Source: a virus (taxonomy: Duplodnaviria; Caudoviricetes). From it: DNA of 32,892 bases. The first letter of the stretch is position 1, and the number at the start of each line of letters is the position of its first letter. Below, piece by piece: positions 26,335 to 32,892 of the stretch. The stretch spans positions 1 through 32,892 of the IMG/VR virus record IMGVR_UViG_3300027804_000148; one strand, written 5' to 3'. The notes under the pieces are model-generated. The model saw only the letters and a program-made list of their open reading frames with translations. It did no database searches and was not told the origin of the DNA. The translations under genes were made by a program, and so were the position numbers.

Positions 26335-27372
26335 ATGCCATTTCAATCTAGCGCTAGAGGAAAATACGGAGCACAAGGCATGCGGGCTATGAAAGGCCCA
26401 CTAGCTCCAGTATGGGTTTCATCTGGAACAATTGGAACAAATATACCACAAGGACAGGCGTACTCAGTACAGCTTACAGCAACAGATGATTCTGGTTCAA
26501 CGCCAACATATTCATTAAATTCTGGAACTCTTCCAACTGGAACATCTTTATCAAGCTCTGGTTTAATTTCTGGAACTCCGTCGGCTGCGGGAACTTTTAC
26601 CTTTACAGTAAGAGCAACGGATGAAAACGGAAGATCTACAGTAAGCAATAATATTACAATCAGTGTTCAGTCTAGTTTAAAACAGCCTCAGATCTGGTAT
26701 AAAAATTCTCGTGTTGGTCAAAGCCCAATTACAAATGATGGCACACTTGGATCAAGCTATAATTCTCCAGCAAATCCAAGTACCACAACAGATTCTGGAA
26801 GAAATGTTTGGAATATGGGATCAAGCTATTTTGAGTTTCCAAATATTAATTTGATTGCCTCATCAAATAGCTACAGCGCTTGGACAATTGCAGCAGTATT
26901 TAGAACATCTTCTTCCAATCAAAAATGGTCGCTTTTAGGAAGCCCAACTGGATCATCTCAAATTTTAGGATCAGTGCCAAGACTAGATAGCAACGTAGAG
27001 CTTTCGTGGAATAATGATGGATATCCATTTCCTGGATCTACAACAATGGGAAACATGAACCATGCAAGCAATATGTGTCAATTAGTGGTCAATTATGATG
27101 GAATAACATATAATGGAAGTGGAAGACTACGTATGTGGGGTCCAAGTCGTACTAGTGGAACAATTTATGATAATTATTTATCTAATAACGCTACCTGGAA
27201 CTATGCATCAGCAATTGATATAACTCGTGTAGGGTGGTCTCGTGGAACACAGGATGCCACATGGTATTTAGCTGAATATATGTTGTATACAGGAGTAGTT
27301 ACAGATGCAGAGATTACTCAAATTAGAAATTATTTAGGAAGCACACATCCCGTGGGCGTTGTTAATAACTAA
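26335..27372 (+). CDS. Tip/adhesin 4: Ig (He_PIG-like) + LamG/ConA-like lectin domain
   Basis: GTLPTGTSLSSSGLISGTP..GTFTFTVRATD; WTIAAVFR; C-terminal AEYMLY...TDAEI.QI.NYL. Confidence 0.7.
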   Translation: MPFQSSARGKYGAQGMRAMKGPLAPVWVSSGTIGTNIPQGQAYSVQLTATDDSGSTPTYSLNSGTLPTGTSLSSSGLISGTPSAAGTFTFTVRATDENGRSTVSNNITISVQSSLKQPQIWYKNSRVGQSPITNDGTLGSSYNSPANPSTTTDSGRNVWNMGSSYFEFPNINLIASSNSYSAWTIAAVFRTSSSNQKWSLLGSPTGSSQILGSVPRLDSNVELSWNNDGYPFPGSTTMGNMNHASNMCQLVVNYDGITYNGSGRLRMWGPSRTSGTIYDNYLSNNATWNYASAIDITRVGWSRGTQDATWYLAEYMLYTGVVTDAEITQIRNYLGSTHPVGVVNN

Positions 27373-27381
27373 GGATATAAA

Positions 27382-28122
27382 ATGTTAGATACAAAAAATG
27401 AAATAGATCCACAATTACAAGAATTAATTAATATGGGTGTATTACCAGCAGCTCTTTTAGAGCAAATGGGATTAAATAAACCTTTAGTTATAAATACAGA
27501 TGAAGAAGATTTGGTTAGAAAAACAGATTTTTCTCATATTAAGCACGAAGAAATTAAAGTAAGCAAAGACAAGTCAATCCACGTATTTGACGGAATTTTT
27601 AATTATGCAGAAATTTCTGGAATTTATAATGCATTAAGTCATGGAACATTTATGTTAGACAATGCAAATAGACCAGATGTTCAGGCCATGCAGGATAGAA
27701 AGCTTGTTTATAGAATTACTCCAGAGCTTCTAGATAAGTTGCATTTTTTTGATGGTGCATTGGATAAAATTATTGATGAAAATATTAATATGGAAGAATA
27801 TGCTCATTTTAAGAGCTATGTTAATTTAGGTCTTTATACAGATACCCATGAGGTTCATGCAGATCATTATTATGATCGTGCTGGAAAAACTCTTCTTTAT
27901 TATGTAAATGAAACATGGAATAAAGATTGGGGCGGAGAAACAGCCTTCCTTGACGATAACGCAGAAAAAATTATCTATACCTCACAGTTTGTTCCAGGTC
28001 GTGTAGTAATATTTGATTCAAATATTCCGCATTCAGCTAAGCCACAGTCTATTGATGGCCCAGCATATCGATTTACAATGGCCATGAAGTTCTTCCGCAA
28101 AGAAGAAAAATACGGCAAATAA
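27382..28122 (+). CDS. 2-oxoglutarate/Fe(II)-dependent oxygenase (prolyl-4-hydroxylase-like)
   Basis: HAD (HxD), TLLYYVN..W...WGGET.F, PGRVVIFDS.IPHSA (distal His), RFT (2OG-binding Arg). Confidence 0.88.
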   Translation: MLDTKNEIDPQLQELINMGVLPAALLEQMGLNKPLVINTDEEDLVRKTDFSHIKHEEIKVSKDKSIHVFDGIFNYAEISGIYNALSHGTFMLDNANRPDVQAMQDRKLVYRITPELLDKLHFFDGALDKIIDENINMEEYAHFKSYVNLGLYTDTHEVHADHYYDRAGKTLLYYVNETWNKDWGGETAFLDDNAEKIIYTSQFVPGRVVIFDSNIPHSAKPQSIDGPAYRFTMAMKFFRKEEKYGK

Positions 28123-28156
28123 TACTTATTGTATTATAGACATTAATCAATCAATT

Positions 28157-28165
28157 TGATATACT
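28157..28165 (+). promoter_or_regulatory. Extended -10 promoter
   Basis: TGA-TATACT upstream of AGGA RBS and ATG 28188. Confidence 0.5.
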
Positions 28166-28187
28166 GATACAAACAGATAGGATAATC

Positions 28188-28457
28188 ATGTCAGAAAATA
28201 TAGATTCAGTTGAATCAACAGAAGTTGCCGCCCCAGAAGCGGCAGAAGTAGAAACCGTGTTCTTTGTTATCAAAGATAAAAACGGACAATTCAAAGTAGT
28301 AACAGATATTGGGCAAAAGCTGAAGCTTGACAGAGTAGCAAACATCTCAGATATTCGCATGGGATGCCAGGAAATTTCTCGTGCTCTTGATATTAGACAG
28401 ACAGCAGAAACAGTAGTAAACCTACTTAATGCTAAAAACTCAGCTACAGCAGAGTAA
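28188..28457 (+). CDS. Hypothetical protein
   Basis: 89 aa with acidic N-terminal tail; AGGA RBS; fills the gap on the coding strand. Confidence 0.65.
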   Translation: MSENIDSVESTEVAAPEAAEVETVFFVIKDKNGQFKVVTDIGQKLKLDRVANISDIRMGCQEISRALDIRQTAETVVNLLNAKNSATAE

Positions 28458-28477
28458 TATACCCAGTACCGATTCGT

Positions 28478-28486
28478 TGGTATAAT
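28478..28486 (+). promoter_or_regulatory. Extended -10 promoter, leaderless
   Basis: TGG-TATAAT, 6 nt before ATG 28493. Confidence 0.7.
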
Positions 28487-28492
28487 AACAAT

Positions 28493-30238
28493 ATGAGTTA
28501 TCAATTAAAGGTAATTAAGGACTATCCAATTGGCTTCTGGCCGTTGGATGAGTCTTCTGGCACTACCGCCGCTGATTCATCAGGGTGCGGCAATAATGGA
28601 ACCTATGTAGGATCCCCTGTATCAAACATGTTGCCTTTAATTCCAGGCGGGGTATCGGGAACCAAGATAACTAATGCAGCATATATTACTTTACCAACAT
28701 CAAAAGATTTTTATGGATCAAGCGTTTCAAACGGACTTGCAAATAAATACTCATCAGATAATGACTTTACTTTAGAAGTATGGATCAGTCCATCTATTCA
28801 GTCATCATCAGAAACAACAATATTTGCCGATACAACAGATAGCATAGGATTATATTGGGAAAAGGGCGATATAGTATTTAAGGTTTCAGGCACAGAGCAA
28901 GTTAGGTGGGCTGTAACATATACGAAGAAAGCAATACATCTAGTAGGCATATATTCAGTAAATTCTATTTCTCTATACATTGATGGAACTCAGGTAACCA
29001 CTAAAACTTTAGATCCTAATTTTAAATTTACTAATACGACATTTGACCTACAGATAGGTCCAACATCTGACGCTGGAGATTCTTTTATAGTTGATGCTCC
29101 AGCAGTATATCGATATGGATTAAATTCAGCGGCAATTACAAGACACTATAATGATGCTAATTATTATATACAGCCAATACATGTAGTAAACCCAGAAGAA
29201 GGAACATTGTTCTCATGTTCAGATAGAACAAATAGAATAGATTTTAGTTACACATACGGAGTCGATGCTAGGTGGGATAGCTTTGTAGATTCAAATACAT
29301 ACTATGACGATAAGGGTAAATATATAGGATTTATTCCAACAGATACAGCCCAGTCCAAATCTTTTGTTATCAATGACTTTTTGTTTATTCCAACAGAATC
29401 AGGATTCACAAACTCTAAAATTGAGTGGCGGAATGAATTAGGCATATCAGTTGAAACTAGTATAGATGGAACAACATACCTGCCCTGTGTAAATGGAGAA
29501 GCAATTCCACAATATAAAAAAGGAAGCTTTGACACAAATGGACTTCTATATATTAGAATTACCATGACCACTACAGATGCTAGCAAGTTCTTGCCAAGAC
29601 TGTCATATTTCTCAATTAAATTTTATAGCCAAACTAGAATATACGCTGATAACTTTAATAGCTATATTGAGTCAGACGATCAATTTGCCGTAGGATCTTT
29701 AAATTATTCCCCGCTTCTGAGACATTACGCTAATGGAATTAGGCCTGATTCAGGATATGGATTTGATATCAATACTGAATTAGATATAAATACAGTAGAA
29801 ATGTTCTTTACCCCTAAAACAACTGGGGCAAATACTTTATTCTATGATCCAACAACCAGCACTAAGTATGCCTGGAATGGGTCTGGAACGGTCTCTAAGG
29901 CCTCTATAAGCAAAGTTTACGTCAATGGGGTAGATAAGACCTCACAGACCAATATAAGCAATTTCCTAGTGGCAGGAGAGCCACATCATATTGTTTTAGT
30001 ATTCTCAGCACCAGTAACTGGAGTTCTTCAATTTAATTATGAGACTTCAGGCGGTCCAGATAATCTATATAACAATATTGCGATATATAATAGATCTCTT
30101 ACTGAGGAAATGGTAGATACCCATTTCGATTTATATTGTGGAAGACCATCCGTTTCGGTATCAGATCCAGTCATAGACATGACAGAATTGGCCCCAGTAT
30201 ATTACGATAATGACTGGGTAGTGGTACAAAGCGTATAA
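28493..30238 (+). CDS. LamG/concanavalin A-like domain virion protein
   Basis: PIGFWPLDESSGTTAADSSG.GNNGTY, FTLEVWI, HLVG.Y....LYIDG, AVY...L....I..HY; second LamG-like region (HHIVLVF..IAIYNR.L) at the C-terminus. Confidence 0.8.
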   Translation: MSYQLKVIKDYPIGFWPLDESSGTTAADSSGCGNNGTYVGSPVSNMLPLIPGGVSGTKITNAAYITLPTSKDFYGSSVSNGLANKYSSDNDFTLEVWISPSIQSSSETTIFADTTDSIGLYWEKGDIVFKVSGTEQVRWAVTYTKKAIHLVGIYSVNSISLYIDGTQVTTKTLDPNFKFTNTTFDLQIGPTSDAGDSFIVDAPAVYRYGLNSAAITRHYNDANYYIQPIHVVNPEEGTLFSCSDRTNRIDFSYTYGVDARWDSFVDSNTYYDDKGKYIGFIPTDTAQSKSFVINDFLFIPTESGFTNSKIEWRNELGISVETSIDGTTYLPCVNGEAIPQYKKGSFDTNGLLYIRITMTTTDASKFLPRLSYFSIKFYSQTRIYADNFNSYIESDDQFAVGSLNYSPLLRHYANGIRPDSGYGFDINTELDINTVEMFFTPKTTGANTLFYDPTTSTKYAWNGSGTVSKASISKVYVNGVDKTSQTNISNFLVAGEPHHIVLVFSAPVTGVLQFNYETSGGPDNLYNNIAIYNRSLTEEMVDTHFDLYCGRPSVSVSDPVIDMTELAPVYYDNDWVVVQSV

Positions 30239-30239
30239 A

Positions 30240-30293
30240 TTTGTCACTTACCTTGACAAAAAGCTGGACTTAGATTGTAAAGAATGGTAAAAT
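30240..30293 (+). promoter_or_regulatory. Promoter for the portal operon with upstream inverted repeat
   Basis: TTTGTCA-N7-TGACAAA (30240-30260); TGGACT-17-TAAAAT with extended TG; ATG 8 nt downstream. Confidence 0.6.
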
Positions 30294-30301
30294 AAAACTC
30301 T

Positions 30302-30649
30302 ATGGATATCAAAAGAGTAGGCGCAAAGTTTAACGAGGACGAAACAACTCTCGGAATTTATGTCTGGGAAATGCCAGACGGACGCTGGATAGGAGACGAC
30401 GATGGGAACTTTCTTTCGATCACGTCAAAAAAAGGCAATAGATCCAGAATCGATGCTTTGGCTAGAGAAGTTCGCACATACGGTATATATGAGGGCGGGC
30501 CTAAATTTCTTATGGGTAAACGAAAAATCAACGACGAAGAATTTGAAGAACAACAAACAAGATTAAAGTGGGGTCTTACACCAGATCCACTAGACATTGG
30601 TGAATATAAGGACCAGATGAAGGCTCTTAAAAATGGGGGAACAAGATGA
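30302..30649 (+). CDS. Hypothetical protein coupled to portal
   Basis: ATGA overlap with portal; GIYVWEMPDG.WIGDDDGNFLSI. Confidence 0.7.
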   Translation: MDIKRVGAKFNEDETTLGIYVWEMPDGRWIGDDDGNFLSITSKKGNRSRIDALAREVRTYGIYEGGPKFLMGKRKINDEEFEEQQTRLKWGLTPDPLDIGEYKDQMKALKNGGTR

Positions 30650-32232
30650 GCGTAAAATTTATTGATGATGAAGGCGGAGAAGAAGTATCAATTTCTAATG
30701 TTGCCGACTGGATGAGATTTAATACCCCAGTGGAATCAAAGAGTAATGACCCATTTAAAATTCAGGGAGAAGATTTAACAAAGGTATCTGGATTAGGTGC
30801 TTCATTCCGTCGCAAGATGAATAGAGATTTGCAAAAGCGTTTCCAGGGAATTGATGGAACAGAAACACAGCAGAACCTACTGGCTCAAGCCATTACTGGC
30901 TATGCAATGTTTGACCTTATCGAGCCACCATACAACCTAGATTATCTTTCACAGATTTACGAAATCTCTCCATACAACTATGCAGCAATTAATGCAAAGG
31001 TTTCCAATATCGTTGGCCTAGGCCACGACTTTGTCGAGACAAGAAAGACGCAAGAAGCATTTGATAATATTACAGATGATAAAGCATTAGATCGTGCACG
31101 TCGTAAGCTAAATCGTCTTCGCCAAGATCTTTATGATTGGCTAGAAGAATGCAACGAAGAAGAAACATTTACTGAAACTTTAATTAAGGCCTATACAGAT
31201 GTTGAGGCAACAGGTAATGGATACCTTGAAATTGGTAGAACCTCAGCAGGTAAGATTGGATATATCGGACATATCCCAGCAAAGACAATGCGTGTGCGTC
31301 GTTTGCGTGACGGATTTATTCAATTGCTTTATGGCAAGGCTGTTTATTTCCGTAACTTCGGAGACCAAGAGACACCAAATCCGATTGATGGCGGACTAGA
31401 AAGACCAAATGAGATTATTCATTTAAAGAAGTATACGCCAACAAATAACTATTACGGTATTCCAGACATTATTGCATCGCAGAATGCTATGGCAGGAAAC
31501 GAATTTGCTGGTAAGTACAACCTTGACTACTTTGAGAACAAGGCGGTCCCAAGATATATTATTACCGTAAAGGGTGCTAAGCTATCTACAGAGTCAGAGC
31601 GGAAGCTCCTAGAATTCTTCCAGGTTGGACTAAGAGGAAAGAATCATAGATCTCTATATATTCCACTTCCACCAGATTCACCAGACTCAAAGGTTGAATT
31701 TAAGATGGAGCCAATTGAGGCAGGAACTCAAGAATCTTCATTTAATGTGTATCGTAAATCTAATAGAGATGAAATTCTATTATCTCACCGTGTACCAATT
31801 AATAAGATTGGAACTCCAGAAGGAGTTAACTTGGCGGTGGCAAGAGATGCCGATAAGACATTCAGAGAGCAAGTATGCCGTCCAGCTCAAATGAATTTAG
31901 AAAAGAAGTTAAATAAAATTATTCAGGAAATGACAGACGCCCTACTTCTTAAATTCAATGAGTTGACCTTGACCGATGAAGATACTCAGTCTAAAATCGA
32001 TGAAAGATATTTGAGAATGCAGGTAGTTACCCCTAATGAAATTAGAATTAGAATGGGCATGGTTCCACTAGATGGTGGAGATAAGGTTGTAGAATTAAAG
32101 CCACAGGCCCAGGCAGAGGTTAGGGCACAGGCTGGTAAAACTAGAACTAGAGATTCCGAAAGGTCTGCAAATTCACCAGATATTTCTGGGGAAGGCAGAA
32201 ATGCTCAGGGCGACGGAAGGCAAGTTGACTAG
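30646..32232 (+). CDS. Phage portal protein (HK97/PBSX-like)
   Basis: D.EATGNGYLEI.R, HIPA.TMR, NEIIH.K...YYGIP, YFEN.AVP, SHRVP..KIG, T.NE.R..MG..P..GGD. Confidence 0.92.
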   Translation: MSVKFIDDEGGEEVSISNVADWMRFNTPVESKSNDPFKIQGEDLTKVSGLGASFRRKMNRDLQKRFQGIDGTETQQNLLAQAITGYAMFDLIEPPYNLDYLSQIYEISPYNYAAINAKVSNIVGLGHDFVETRKTQEAFDNITDDKALDRARRKLNRLRQDLYDWLEECNEEETFTETLIKAYTDVEATGNGYLEIGRTSAGKIGYIGHIPAKTMRVRRLRDGFIQLLYGKAVYFRNFGDQETPNPIDGGLERPNEIIHLKKYTPTNNYYGIPDIIASQNAMAGNEFAGKYNLDYFENKAVPRYIITVKGAKLSTESERKLLEFFQVGLRGKNHRSLYIPLPPDSPDSKVEFKMEPIEAGTQESSFNVYRKSNRDEILLSHRVPINKIGTPEGVNLAVARDADKTFREQVCRPAQMNLEKKLNKIIQEMTDALLLKFNELTLTDEDTQSKIDERYLRMQVVTPNEIRIRMGMVPLDGGDKVVELKPQAQAEVRAQAGKTRTRDSERSANSPDISGEGRNAQGDGRQVD

Positions 32233-32249
32233 CCCTACTCAACCATTAT

Positions 32250-32278
32250 TTGCGTTATAGTGAATAACGCTATAAAAT
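32250..32278 (+). promoter_or_regulatory. Leaderless promoter with palindrome in the spacer
   Basis: TTGCGT-17-TAAAAT, ATG 7 nt later; GCGTTAT-N5-ATAACGC at 32252-32270. Confidence 0.62.
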
Positions 32279-32285
32279 TAAGCAT

Positions 32286-32892
32286 ATGAATATTGAAAAA
32301 TCTTTGTGGTCTTCACATGGCGATAACATCAGTTTATCTGTGCCATTCACTAAAGTCAATCGTGAAAAGCGCACCGTCTCTGGTTTTGCTACACTCGATA
32401 ACTTAGATCAAACAGGCGACGTTGTTTCAGCAGAAGCAAGCCTTAAAGCATTTGAGAACTTCCGTGGAAACATCCGTGAGATGCATGGATCAAATGCAGT
32501 TGGTAAAATGGTTTCATTTAGACCAGAAACATTTTATGATCCAGCAACAAAAGAATTTTACAATGGCGTTTATGTAGATGCATACATCTCAAAAGGCGCA
32601 CAGGATACCTGGGAGAAAGTTCTTGATGGAACTCTAGCAGGTTTCTCAATTGGCGGAAAAATTATTGATTCAGAAAATGAAGTTAATAAGTCAACTGGTA
32701 AAGCAGTTCGCTTCATTAAAGAATATGCATTGATGGAGTTGTCAGTAGTTGATTCTCCAGCAAACGAGCTATGCAACATCTTGTCTGTTCAGAAGATGAA
32801 CGGTCAGCTAGTATTTAAAGGAATGGCAACAGAAGTTGTAGCAGAAAATATTTTTTACTGTGCAGACAGTGATTCAGTATTTGTATCAACAG
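32286..32892 (+). CDS. Prohead maturation protease (HK97-like serine protease); partial, runs off window end
   Basis: Not in ORF track; manual translation MNIEKSLW...VSGFATLDNLDQTGDVV...IREMHGSNAVGK...GFSIGG...ELSVVDSPAN, showing the His/Ser/Glu motifs; directly after the portal gene. Confidence 0.88.
   Translation, partial: MNIEKSLWSSHGDNISLSVPFTKVNREKRTVSGFATLDNLDQTGDVVSAEASLKAFENFRGNIREMHGSNAVGKMVSFRPETFYDPATKEFYNGVYVDAYISKGAQDTWEKVLDGTLAGFSIGGKIIDSENEVNKSTGKAVRFIKEYALMELSVVDSPANELCNILSVQKMNGQLVFKGMATEVVAENIFYCADSDSVFVST

Noticed and set aside
28133-28138. Minus-strand TATAAT pointing into the 2OG oxygenase gene
   Set aside because: No -35 or exact TGn, no downstream minus-strand gene, and the context is AT-rich, so chance is likely.
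1777-32779. Short alternative-frame and antisense ORFs in the track (e.g. 1777-, 2373+, 8659-, 11930-, 21613-, 28151-, 32570-)
   Set aside because: They lie within or across well-supported genes, lack RBS or motifs, and have the composition of shadow frames.
1-32892. Stop-codon recoding or programmed frameshift
   Set aside because: TAA, TAG and TGA all end genes cleanly next to new starts, and no split domains or convincing slippery sites were seen.

Overview
The window is a segment of a large, AT-rich tailed-phage genome, probably infecting an Actinobacterium (inferred from a PASTA domain, a secreted SLT lysozyme and recurrent leaderless TGn-TAnnnT promoters; low-GC freshwater acI-type host plausible). 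Left to right it holds a partial lytic transglycosylase (-), a GT4 glycosyltransferase, a class II (B12) ribonucleotide reductase and a small holin-like membrane protein. A ~26 kb virion-appendage region follows, then a portal protein and a partial prohead protease. The appendage region is built from four serial cassettes of the form [long fibre] + [separate tip/adhesin protein] + [variable accessory slot]. The slots hold a CxxC protein and chaperone-like protein, a 22-codon remnant, an AT-rich halogenase island and a 2OG-Fe(II) oxygenase. This fibre/tip/tailoring-enzyme architecture is the best candidate for an undescribed system. All family calls come from motif recognition by eye; no database search was run. 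I saw no tRNA, CRISPR array, integrase or terminase.
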